NCBI RefSeq assembly: GCF_040938485.1
Contig: NW_027272187.1
Location: forward strand, 434,001-498,000
Reading direction: 5' to 3'
DNA: 64,000 nt
From: Diadema antillarum
Taxonomy: Eukaryota
This document shows, in pieces, positions 49,971 to 62,164 of this stretch. Position 1 is the first letter of the stretch. Each line of letters begins with the position of its first letter. The notes under the pieces are model-generated. The model searched no databases. It worked only from the letters and a program-made list of their open reading frames with translations, and was not told where the DNA came from. Both the position numbers and the translations under genes were made by a program.

Positions 49971-51357
49971 CAATGCGTTGGTTCAGGGAACAGAGATTGT
50001 TTGATTTGCATAAACGTACCCATCAACTCATCCTTCTCTTGAAAAAACATCACATATCATCAGTGTCTGTAAGAAAAAAAAAGGAAAAAAAATTGTGTGC
50101 ATAATTCTCCATACCACTCAAATGAAAATTTCTAGCGAAAATGTAGGCTTGAAACAGTCAAAGACAGATTTTGTTTTATCTTAATCAGAAGAAAAAAAAA
50201 AAAAACTATTGATACAAACCAACATGGCAAAGTCTATGTATTGGGGCACCTCCAGTAGGGAGTATAAAGATAGAGTAACCCCAAACAAAATAAATGGCTG
50301 AAATCTCATCAAAATGATTTTTCTTTGAGAGAGTTACAAAATTCTTTTCCTGTCATGTCGTCTTCAGTGCTTTTTGTTTCTTTCACCGAATCTGTTTTTC
50401 TGTTCTAGTTATAAGTTTATGACCTTTCAATAGGGAAGGAGAAAGAGAGAAACTAAATATCGGCAACCTTTTTGTCAAACATTGTCGGAGGCCTCAACCT
50501 TGATTGAGATGTTATTGATCACTGTAGACAATTTTGTAAACAAGAGATTTGTAGGCATGGGTGTGTTAATACCATGGACTCATGCTTGTGAAGTATTAAA
50601 CAACATTAAAAAACAACAACAACAAAGCTTCCTCCTTACTGGTGCCTCTAGTGTCATCTGTTTTGATTTTGGTCTTTAATTAATGGTCTTTGTGTGTTTT
50701 TTTATGCTAAGGGTTATTAAATACATATAATGCAATTTCAAACAGACATTAGTGAGTTAAAACTTAGAATTGGTAGCCAAAAGTGAAAACAGTATGATTT
50801 AAATGCAGTGAAACAAATTTATTAGTAATGATTATTGCAGTGAATTTGTCATGTGTCTGAGTGTCAAATTATTGTGACAAGAAGAATTTGATGTCCCGCA
50901 AGTTGGTAATTCTAAAGTATAAGAATGCAGGTCTATGGTATTACACCACTTAGGCCTATATGGTATATTAACAGCATTTAATTAAAACACACACACACAC
51001 ACACTCACACGCACACACACTGATGTAATGAAATAAAACACAAGTAGAATTTTTATAAAAAAATGTTGACATTTTCATTAAGACCATAGGATATTCCGCT
51101 TAGTAGCTGCAGTTGCATTTAGTGCGTCAGCAGCTCAGACGTACACCTTGAGGGAATTACCCGACGTGTCAACAACCTTTGCATTTGAAACAGACTCGAG
51201 ATACCGGAAACACAACAAAGAAGAAAAAGAAGAACAATTAGAATAACAAGAAGAAAACGAGTAAACAATAACAACCATCTTGCCTATCCTGAAGCAATCC
51301 GTAAAAGGTGAAAATGTTAATCACATCAAGAAGGTCACCAGCAATGCAGTAAACAAC

Positions 51358-51453
51358 ATGACTGTGGGGATCTCCCAGAACAGGTCCCCTATGATACCCA
51401 ATCCTGAGTACCAGCCTGAGATGGTTGAGCATGGCAGGTTGCACAACATGCAG
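51358..51453 (+). CDS. Weak candidate alternative exon (32 aa, MTVGISQNRSPMIPNPEYQPEMVEHGRLHNMQ)
   Basis: AACAACATG start, CAG|GTATTC donor, phase 0 like the exon 2 donor; preceded by a CpG-bearing then A-rich leader (51080-51280); no homology evidence. Confidence 0.3.
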
Positions 51454-52433
51454 GTATTCATCAGGGCATGGGGTAATAGTGCAACTTGGTAACATCAAAA
51501 TTGGCTAACAGCTGGTAATAGCTAACTTTCATATGAAGATGTAATTTTTAAACCTGCATGGTGCACATAAATGCGCATCAAAGTGTCGTTATCACTACCC
51601 CTTTCTCATCCAGTGTAGTCTCCTATTTTATGATTGATATTTCAGATTGTAATTGAGGGAAATCCCCACCAAATGTCCCAGTGTGTTGAATGTGATCCTC
51701 TAATGAGGTGCTAAGCTGGGGCATGGCAAAGGTCACAAGGCATGTAGTGCTTCTTGTTCATGTTTGAGATGTACAGGAATTCCCTGCTTGTTCCGGCTGA
51801 CTGCTGTAACCAGTTATATTCTGAAGATGACATCATCTTGGAGCCCACAGAGGTACATGAAATTAGCTGACAGTCATAAACTGTACCTATCAGGTGCACC
51901 TTTCTGCAAAACACTTGGTTCTGATTGGTCATCAAAACTGGCAAAATTTGCAAAAATAAAAATGCAAAGAAAAAAGATACATAGCATGTGACACATACAA
52001 TATTTTCTCCTTTGACGTTTTTCTTGTTTTGTTCTGTTTTCTTTTGTTTTGTTATGATTTCTTTTTGGTGGGTAGGAGGGTTGTCGTCAACATTACAAGG
52101 GCATTAGACATAAATGTCAAATCGTAACTGAACAACTTCAGAGTAAAGATGATTGTGCCAAGATATATGGAGTCAAGCCCTCATTTACAAGGAAGTTACT
52201 TTGAGCAGATACTGTCTAGCAAGTTTCTTGGTTGGAATACTTCCTGTACCACACAATTGTCAAACTGGCCCATGCGTGACCTGTCCTATACTGTGACGTC
52301 TGAGCTGTTCAAATATGAAATGCAACCCAAGGTGAAAGATGGCAGAATGAAATCAGTTCTTGAGTTTTGCCTAAATTTGTGATTATGAACAGTTTTTCTG
52401 AAAGCTATTGTGCTGATTAGTGTTTCTTAGATA

Positions 52434-53726
52434 CCGTAAAGTTCCGTGTATAAGACGCACTATTTTTTTGTCGGAAAACATTGAAAATCGGGGGTGCGTC
52501 GTATACACGGGTACAGTCGAATCACGGAAAAAAAATCTGTCAAGTACACCCAATTTTATAAGGCCAACTTGGGGCCATGTATGCCCATCGACGTTTGGAA
52601 GGTAAGCAATCACTAAAACTTACGGATAAATGAGCGATCTTTCAATCTGGACACACACAAAAGCTGCAAATACGAGATAAACTTACATCGGCCTTGTGCA
52701 GTAACGATGTATCAATCTGGCCATAGACAACACCTGTAACAACACTGCTGTATGCTACCGATGTCAGTCTACCAAGCTACCAACAGCCAACCTAGTAGCT
52801 GGAATACGCGATGTACAGGTATCATTACTAAATTACCGATACCGTAAAACTTATCAATGTACAAGTATCAATATGGCCATAGACAAAAGCTGTAAAATAC
52901 GGAGTAGGATCGACACTATGTCACCGTAAATATGAACAATGTGTGAAGCATGCATGCATATCCATGTCGTTCGTTTGCTCTTCATTTCACGAGGCCAGCT
53001 AGGATAGCATAGCTACACTGTAGCTAGCTAGCTAGCTAGCTAGAGGCAGCAGCTGCAGAGAGGCTTTTGCAATGGACTCGCGTGCACACAGCGATCGGAT
53101 CGAAGAGCGCTTGCCCGTTGCGCGCTGTGTGTGCAAGTCCATTGTTCTCTGTGTGCTTGTGCTGAAATTATAGCGAGCTGCCTTTTGCAAAAGGCTAGCA
53201 CTGTGCATACAAGCATGGTACAAGAGACACACGTTACTGGTAGTGCAGGAGTGTACTACCGTACGCACCGTACGTCCTGCCGTATGATCCCTCTGCTACA
53301 CTTGTTGATGTTTTTCTTATTTTTCGTAATGAACCTTCCAGTCTGACATGCGTCAATATACGAGACACCCTCTGCTATGTATGACAGCAAAGATCGTACT
53401 GTACACTCATGAGTACGATATGCATGACACATGTACCACGATTGAAAGGCGAAACAATAGCAAGTGAGTACCGAGACAAGTCTCGCATTTTGCGTCTTCC
53501 ACATTTTGCCGATGTCCGATGAATACCGTTAAAAGAAAATATAAAAGGAAACGAAAAATAGAGCAAATACATGCTGCATTCTAGGGAAATTTTGAGCTGA
53601 AATAGTATGTATGACACACGCAATATTTGCGAGGAAATTTTCGTGTTTTTTTTAAATTTTTATTTTAGGTCCGAAAGTAGGGGTGCGTCCTATACACGGG
53701 TGCGTCTTATACACGGAACTTTACGG
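52434..53726. mobile_element. Young non-autonomous Tc2/pogo-like element (1293 bp)
   Basis: TA at 52432-52433 and 53727-53728; perfect 27-bp TIR CCGTAAAGTTCCGTGTATAAGACGCAC; subterminal GGGGTGCGTC.TATACACGGG near both ends. CCGTA ends are typical of the Tc2 group. No transposase ORF. Confidence 0.92.
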
Positions 53727-53833
53727 TACCAGGTATGACATGTGATTCCTTTCATATCATTCAGGCATAAATTATGCAAGTATCAGTAAGGCTTGCAAGT
53801 CGGACTGAAAAGACATTATTATTTCATTTGTGT

Positions 53834-53850
53834 GTTTGTTTTTTGTTTTA

Positions 53851-53881
<31 letters not shown>

Positions 53882-53902
53882 GTTTTGTTTTGTTTTGTTT
53901 TG
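53834..53902. repeat. (TTTTG)n microsatellite
   Basis: Direct reading. Confidence 0.9.
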
Positions 53903-54546
53903 GACCAAGTAAATTGCAGTTAGTTGCAATAGTTGATATTCAGTTTTGTTTTTGTTTTTGTTTTTTGAATGGTAATTGATAAGCCTGTCTCATTTGGGGA
54001 AGTGCGTGTAGACAGACTTTAAAGTCCCGGAAGTGTGGAGATTTGTTCAAGTATTGGAAAGACTGGCCAGCTCCAGATATGAGGAACCCTGTAACGAAAT
54101 GTGCACAGCTTTATCATGATCTCTGTCAACGAATCTTACATTTATATGCTTTGATGCAGACATTCACTGATGGGCAATTCTATTCTAGCAGGTAGCATTA
54201 GTCTGGGTTTTCAAATATACCCCAGTGGGCAGCAAATAAAGATCAATTCAATTGGTCCACCTGTCTCTCCCAACCTAGCGGGTCTTTAAGAATGGAAACT
54301 AGGTAAAGTTTCATCTTTAAACAGGGATGTGATGGTAAAGTGGCTCCTCGGCCATCGTCTGATCTTTTAATTCTCCAGTTTCTAGTTTCCATTTTCATAT
54401 GCTATTTAAATCCACATGCTGTCTTTACACAAAGTGGTAACATTCATCCTTGCAATTGCTGTATTTAAAGTCTAGACATTCTACTTTATTTTTCTTGTTA
54501 TGCCAGTTGTTTGTTTTGTTTGTTATTTGTTTTTTTTTTCATGGGG

Positions 54547-54720
54547 ATTTATTTATTTATTTATCTATTTATTCTGTGTTCTTTATACAGGGTAGTCTCT
54601 TCAGTACATAAAACTGCTTTACAAGAGAGCCCGGTATTACATGAAAATACTAAAATACAATTTACAATTTGAAGCAAATAGTACAATGTTACAATCTATA
54701 ACAATGTATTACATAAGATA
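54547..54720 (-). mobile_element. Possible 3' tail of an L2/CR1-type LINE or SINE
   Basis: Minus strand reads ...AAGCAGTTTTATGTACTGAAGAGACTACCCTG followed by a (TAAA)n tail; the stem-loop plus short-repeat tail is typical of L2/CR1 ends; family call is from pattern recall only. Confidence 0.35.
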
Positions 54721-54787
54721 CAACACAAAATATGGTCCGAATTTTGGAGCTTGGATATTTGTTCCAAGCTCATCTTGTCACTGCCAG

Positions 54788-54867
54788 CAACCTGGGATAG
54801 CCTGGTGGTAGTGTTGCTGCCTGCAAAGCAGTAGATGATAGGTTTGAGTCCCACTGGTTCCTTTTTT
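54788..54867 (+). pseudogene. Degenerate tRNA-like sequence (tRNA-Cys-like pseudogene or SINE head)
   Basis: A box TAGCCTGGTGG (54798-54808), stem-loop CTGC-CTGCAAA-GCAG with GCA at the anticodon position, B-box-like GGTTTGAGTCC (54841-54851), T6 run at 54862-54867; acceptor and T stems are mismatched. Confidence 0.55.
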
Positions 54868-55184
54868 CCGACATGTTTGTCAATTCATAGATCAGCAGTT
54901 GCGATCTCAACAAATTTCATTTGTAGAGGGGGACAAATTGAAGAAACTCACACCTGAACCTTTACCCCTCAGAATAATATCCCTCTTTCAACTTCTGTAT
55001 TGTTACTCTTGTTTGAAATTCTATGGAAACATGGAAATTTTTGCTATGTGAAAAATTTTTATCCATAAAAATAAAAGCATGCAAATACTTTTGCTTTTGG
55101 TCTTTAACAATATGTAATGCTTTGATTATGCAAAATTAACAACATGAAATCTATTATATGCCAAGCTGAGCACAAAAAAAAAAT

Positions 55185-55380
55185 TACTGTAAATGTGGAA
55201 ATCTTTGCACATTTTGTACAACCAGAAACTAGGGCAAAAATAAAAGCACATAAATATTTTTGCTTACCATATGTTACAGTAGTTGATGTCTCGATTCCAC
55301 GGAATTAAAAACACGCAAAACTCTTCTTACCCAGCCAAGCGCGAAAAATTGGTCGCGCAAAAATATCCACTTTTACAGTA
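55185..55380 (-). mobile_element. MITE family A, internally deleted and decayed copy
   Basis: TACTGTAAATGTGGA...TCCACTTTTACAGTA; interior matches the reverse complement of 37138-37350. Confidence 0.85.
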
Positions 55381-57429
55381 ATATTTTCCATGGTTTGAGT
55401 TTTGTGGTAAGTGCAATTGTTGGAGGCAAATTTGAGAGGTAAAATTGTGCTGTCTCATCTATGAAAGTAAGTTTGATTTGTGGCATCAGGAAGGAATTTG
55501 GGGTGACTTCCTACTACAGGAACAACATTGGTATTGAAGATGTGCACATTGTACACTTGTTGAGGCTAATGGGTACGTGATTGTTATTATGGAAGGCGAG
55601 TCATGCAATTGTTCTGGATCTGCCGGTATAACCTGATATTCCACAAGGCTTACTGCCGGTAAATTTCTAATTGTTGCTGGGTCATTGGTGTGACGTACAT
55701 CTGTCTCTCACTGTGGTCACACTCTGACTGGACTTGTGTTATGATGCTAATGAAGTGTACTGTCGCACTCTCATGTACTTTGACTGTCAGTGACTAGAAG
55801 CCTTCCCACCATTATACTGGCATTGTACATCTTCGAGAGTTCACATCTTGACATAGCAATAATGTGAGCCAGCTCTTCTCGAAGTTTAAAATCTACTGAA
55901 CAGGTAGGTTGTGACTGACCACACCAGCTTTTCTTTTGCTTTTTTAACCACTCTTCTGCTACTTCTTTATGAACATACTTTGCTTTCAGCTTCTGACACT
56001 TGAAGTGTGTGAGGATGATGTCGTGGTATGCCATGACGTCACAGTTTGTCGTCAGTTTACATGATTTTAGCAGGGAGAAACGATTGCTTTAAAAAAAAAA
56101 AGACTGCAGTCAAGTGGAAATTTAAAAGGTGCTAGGTGGTGTGTTTTGCAGTATACTTGAGGTCGGATGTTTCAGATAACTGTAATAATAATTCTGCACA
56201 TCCTTTACATTATATATATCCTGTGGTGCCCTTTCTCCTACGTTTCATTTTCTCTTTGTAGCGTTGAATGTTTTAGTCTATCTGGAATTGATCAGGAGTG
56301 CAAGTTGTCTTTAGAATAGACTGACGAAAAATGTGACGGCCTGCCAAGTAAATGAGCAGCAGCATGCACAGCTGTGTATCCGGGTAAAGGTTGTGACAGA
56401 TCTGGGAAATCCACTGCAGCTACTGGCTGTGATATAGTGATCACTTCAGCGTCTGAAATGAATTCGTAAGGGGCGTTTCCACTGAGAGCATGTAAACAAC
56501 ATAGTGATAGCAGCAGCATGTAGAAGAACATGAACCCTGGGTACTGAACCAATGTTATTCGTACCAGTGTTTATTAACAAGGAACCATTGTTTCAAGACT
56601 AGCTAGAGTGTTGAGAGCAAAGTTCATGCACCATGAGTTGTAATTCTATATTGATGTCATATTGAATATGGCTTTTAGAAGTGAATTTTCTCTTAAAACT
56701 GAAATTTATTGGTACTAAATCACATTAAGTTGCGAAGCAATGCACATCATTTTCAGAACTTGATGGTCTTATCAGAGGTTCATTGATTTTATTTTTCCAC
56801 GCCAAGAGAGCTGTTCACGAACCGCTGAAAGTGCATATCATTTGTCTGGTTTCTCTTTGGCTCAGGAATTCTTGGGAAAGCTTAACAGTCGGTTGCAGAA
56901 ATTGATATTTTGTTATTCACAAATTACTATGCTTCATACAATGCTTCTTCAAAAAAGACAACCAAAGAAAAGAACTAACAAATGATAAAACAAACTCCCA
57001 AGATTTTACAGTAAACTGTGAAATGTACCACAGGAGGAAGAAGAATTGATTAGGATCTAAGATACAACAATCTTTCAATCTGGTGACTGAACAACCTATA
57101 TGTCACTTCATCTTCTCCCTCCTCTTTTAAAGATAATAGCTGCAAATAAGTTTTCACATATCCTGCAAAAGTGAATAGCAGCCTCATCAGGCAACATTTA
57201 CCTTTGGGATGTGTGTAGATGTGTGTAGCCATTATAGCACTGAAAGTAACTGAAAGTATGTTACAATGTGTTGTGTCTGTTCTAGATTATGAGCTCACAG
57301 TGAAATTGACATGGAGAAAAGTATGAAGTATGATGTAAGTAGCTTTATTCATATTAATGCATGTCTTTATACCATCTCCAATACAATTGATCATTACAGT
57401 AGTTGTAGTATAAGAAGAAAAAGAAGAAA

Positions 57430-57466
<37 letters not shown>

Positions 57467-57501
57467 CTTTGTCATCATTTTAGTAGTAGTAGACGTAGTA
57501 G
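57430..57501. repeat. (AGT)n microsatellite
   Basis: Direct reading. Confidence 0.9.
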
Positions 57502-58799
57502 CAGCAATGGTTTTTACCAAAAAAAATACAGGAAATGAAAGTTACTAGCAGTAGTAGAGGTATTGTCATATTATTTTACAACTGTGCATAGCTTCTGCTG
57601 TTACTACTAGCATCAAATTCAAAATTATCATTATTGCCATTGTCCTTTTGAGGATCAAAATCTTCAGCAATGAAGAAGCCTCACCTCCACATTTAGTGGG
57701 ATCAATGAAGTGCAAATGGGTTTGATAAGAAAGTCAAACAAACACACAAGAAAAGAAAGAAATCAGCTTTCACAAGATACCAGGGTAAGAGGATGAAAAG
57801 CAATGGGAATGTGACACTCGTGGGGTTTGATCATTTTGAATAACACATATCTTCCCTGCAATGCTTTTTGAAGAAAAATTCATAATTTACATATTTATTT
57901 TTGAATTAGTAATAGATATGTTGTTTTCATTTCAGCCACAGCAAAGAAATATTTAGTATCTAGAGCACACTAATTAATTCCCCCCCCCAAAAAAAAAAAT
58001 AGCATGATACCATGTTCTCATTACAGCATTGCTTCTGTGATAAAGAAACTCCTTTAAGCACAGCCATAAGATCAGAAAATAACAGCAATGCTCATCAGTA
58101 ATTGGATTGCTTTCCAAACAAGTGAATTGCATAATGTTCACACAGGTCTATCAAACGAGCTAACCAATAATGGGCACTCTCCAAGTCTAAATGAATCGCT
58201 GTTGTAAACACGAGTGCCTGTTGCATCGATTTTTTTGCAAGACGTAACCGGTACAGCCTAATAGTGTAGTCTTTGTCTCAGACTCTCTTTGATTGTTGAA
58301 ATCACAATTCCAGCTCCTCACAGTCTAAGTTTATTTTGAATTGCTCTGATAAAGTCATAAACATTAAAGCCATGACAGAAGCTGATAGGATGATACAAGT
58401 AAAGAATGAGAAATGCGATTGTTTCACCATATTCAAACTTCATCTGCGATCTTGTCCAACAAGAAGCCATCTTCTTTCATAGCGTGAATACAATGTAAAT
58501 GGTAGGCTTACAGGCTGTTCCAAATGAATTTGGACAACATTGATTATGCACCATCATTTTGAAACTGGAAAACGTGTAAAACCTAAAGTCAGGAAAGGGA
58601 TGCGTGATTAGATATCAGTCTTATCTGATGACTGGTTTGTAGAATGTTGTGTGTGTTTTGTTTTGTTTGTGAATCCCTGTTAATATGTCGTCCTTAGCAA
58701 CAAGTTAATGTGGAGTTGCTATTCCAAAGGCAGAGTGAGCGTGTTTTTCAAAATCATACAATGTAATCATGTGGTTGTAATGAAGATACTGTAGATATG

Positions 58800-59407
58800 T
58801 GTAATGAACCCCCTAAAATTAAGGAATCTTTACAAATCTTCTCTAGAACCAGAAGTGATAGGGCTTAGATAATACTTTGAGTTAGTACATTGATGACTGT
58901 AGTTTCAAGTTTGTTCATGGGGTTGGCGGAATCAGGGGTGCCCCCCTTGGGACCCAGGAGAGGGGATGGAGAGAAGTCCTACAGTGTTGTAATGGAGCCT
59001 GAATTGTGGTTGTATGTTCATCTTCTTCTTGAAAACCTCATGATGAATTTTGACCAAACTTAGCAGGTAGCATCCCAAGGGGGATAGAATCTCAATTCCT
59101 TCAAATGGGCACCAGGTCCCCCCCCCCCCCCCCCACATCAAGGAATATTTAAATCTTCTGCTCAAGAACCAGAAATGATAAAGCAAAGTTAATACCATGA
59201 GTTTGTACATTGATGGATGACTTTAGTTCCAAGTTTGTTCATTGCAGATCCAGAGGCCCCCCCCCCCCCCCCCCCCCCGGAGTTTGGGGGGGGGGGGATC
59301 CATATGCAGACCTAAGTTTCCAATGTTCTCAGGTAAGAGTGTGCAAGAATGCATGGAAGGTGAAATTGCGATACTCAGGTGAGCGCGTGACCCCCGGGTC
59401 TCTTGTT
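58800..59407. mobile_element. HINE-like (Helentron-associated) element with ~3 diverged internal tandem units
   Basis: Units starting AAATCTTCT at 58834 and 59151 are clearly homologous (..AGAACCAGAA.TGATA...GTACATTGATG...CAAGTTTGTTCAT); a third diverged unit near 59020; end CTCAGGTGAGCGCGT-GACCC-CC-GGGTC-TCTTGTT has a subterminal motif plus hairpin; left end unclear. Confidence 0.6.
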
Positions 59408-62164
59408 ATATTAATGATGACATTTTTAATGACCTCCAACTCATCTTGCTTTTATAGCAGAATACAGGACATATCTGCAATACCAGTGATACTATAGAGC
59501 TGCAAGTGATTGTGCTTGCCATGATGCTTATGAACAGTGATGACCCTTTGCACTGGACTGTGCAAAAATGGAAAAATGAGCAATGTTCAGCATGGGATGG
59601 AACAACCATGGCTACTTTGAATGCCTTAGGAATTGCTTGCATTTGGCTCATGCAGAAGTTCTTGCAATATAACCTCACATTTAGTAAAACTGAGATGTGC
59701 AAATTTATCCTCACATGTAGTTTTAACCAGTGCCTCCAAGCCTGATTGGATGTCTGTATCATATCCCTCATCCAGACTATAGATGGTTTGCTTTTTAACA
59801 TGATTTTAGAAACTTGTTTCAATCTTGTGTTTTGTTTTGTCTTAATTTGTTTTTAAAGAACAAAATATGTTAGTGGCATCAAACTCATTTATGAAATATG
59901 TTTGCAAATGAGAATTTAATGTCATGCAAGGAGCCACATGGATAAATCTTTACTTTTTTGTTATTTAGGATTAGAATTTGACATTATCTCTTCACATGCT
60001 CATTTCTTTGTCAGGCATATTGGCAGCTTAATCTGTAAAATCCCAGTCTAGGATCTAGCAAACGGCTGCTTTAAAAGGCAGCTTAACTCTGTGGAAGACA
60101 TGTGCTGAAGTGATAACTCAATAGGGAGGGACTTGTCCTTCTGCAAATTACGAGAACAGCTTCATTAAGTATCGTTATCCCCGCCGCCCTGTCGAGATAT
60201 CGAGGGTTAGCCGGTCCAAATTGACTCAGAATTTCAGATTGTGATTACAGTACTACCCGTCTGTGGCAGGTAGTCTTTGCATTCAGACTCCAGTCACTGT
60301 TTTTCTTTGATTTCAGGAACAGAACTTAATCCTGAGGAAGAGTATGATGATTCCATGAGCTAGAGTAATGATTCCCCCCCCCCAAAAAAAAAAAAAATAG
60401 TTAAAGCCAGCCAGTGGCGTCATTTTTTATATTGCGCTTTGATTTTCTGTAGAGAAATGAATAGTATTATCATGTACAGTTTGAAATGGATCTTCTGTCT
60501 TTTAATACCCCCAAAGCAGAAGGGTGTTTATATATGTATATATATAAAAAATCGTCATTCAATGCAAGGATTGATGTTATCACTTATTTGTATGACCTTC
60601 TTTGATTCATTTTAGTGATATCGTCACTGGATAATTTTATTCATATCTTTATGAAAGCAATTACAGGTATTTGTGTCATATCAACCAAAGTAGATATTTT
60701 TTCTTCTGTATAGGAATATATACAAACCTGTATGTAAGACTTAAATGTTACCCCTGAGCAGATAATCCATGCAAATTCCTGAAAACTTTATATCTGGGCT
60801 TTTGAAGGTTTAGTCATATGTCGCAGCATTAGGGCCAATTTTTGTTTTCTATACCAATTACCATTTGAATGTGTGGGATATTTTTTTTTTCTTTTTTACT
60901 CTTGATTTCGAATGTTATCACGATAAATATCGTGTCTTATCGTACTGTTGTAGGTAGACATGGGGGAAAATTGATTCACAGAGTGAGGAAAGATAAAAGA
61001 AAAAGATAAGATGATTAATGAAAGAAACAAGATTCAGGGCAGTCAGCAGAGAGATGTGATGATTTGCCGACCGACTCGAGACACTTGCACGAAAAGGATC
61101 ATCGTAATTAGCGCGCTGCGGTGCCGACCAAAGTGACTAAGAGTCACATCCATGATGTCGTTGTGGGGTTTAACGAGATAAGAGGGGGGAGCTCATGATC
61201 TGAATCACTCTCACCCTGATGCAGGTCAGCAGCAAGCCAGAGGGAATGATCTGTTTTACATAGGACTGTTTTTCAGTTTGTCAGTAGCACATGGTCCTAC
61301 CCTCACATCCTGCATTGTTTTATGGCAAGGAATGCAAGATTAAACCTAACCTGGAAGGATCACTGAGGATAACCAGGAATATTAATATAGTCGTGGAGAT
61401 GACTCTCCTTGTGTGCTTGGATGGCCTACTGGTGTGATGGGGGTTAGTACAATCATTTTCATCTACTCTGTATACATGGCAGAGAGTTCCTTGGCAGCAT
61501 AAAGGTATAGAATTAATTGATTTTGTGGTTTTCCCAGATTTTTAGCAGTCGATAGTGTATGAGTGATACCTTTTGTATATAAATAAGTGTGCAAAGCATA
61601 TCATCTTCAAGGAAAATGAACCTGCGTGCCTTAATTTTGACATATTTGTAGTTATGCTCTTAGTGCATTATGATATGACTAATACAACCACTCCAGGTCC
61701 TTGCATTTTTTGCAATATCAGCTGCACAGCAAGAACTTTCCGAACAACAGTGGGGCTGCCCATTGTTCCCCTTCATCATAGAGCCTTGGAGAGTGTGACA
61801 ATTTGAGGCATAGAACTTTGCTTGACAGCCATCCAGTGAGCCAGGGAGGTGGGAAGAGATGAATAGGGGGGAGGGGGGCGGCACCAGGGGGGCCCTTTAA
61901 TGTATTTTTACATGAAAGATATAGATAAAAATGATAACTGAAAGGTAGCATGTGTACCCCCTTTGATTTTTTAAAGAAACCATCTTTGTTAAAAAATTGC
62001 ATGGGAGCCATTTTTTTTCTTTTTTTTTGGGTGGGGGTGCTTATCAGCTGATTAAACCCGGAAGTGCAGAAATATTCCCTCCCCCCCCCCCCTTTATGGA
62101 ATTCCTGGATCGGCCCCTGCATGAGGATGATGTACTGTCAAGCATTATACAGTGTAGTACCAAG

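Noticed and set aside
55771-56034. 87-aa minus-strand ORF with plausible composition
   Set aside because: No recognisable domain and no convincing splice sites or partner exons
59406-59822. 138-aa minus-strand ORF with IPKAFKVAMVVP, resembling the LINE RT P..WK.A.VVP motif
   Set aside because: The expected downstream NYRPIS motif is missing and upstream spacing is wrong; a tBLASTx against Dfam LINEs would be needed
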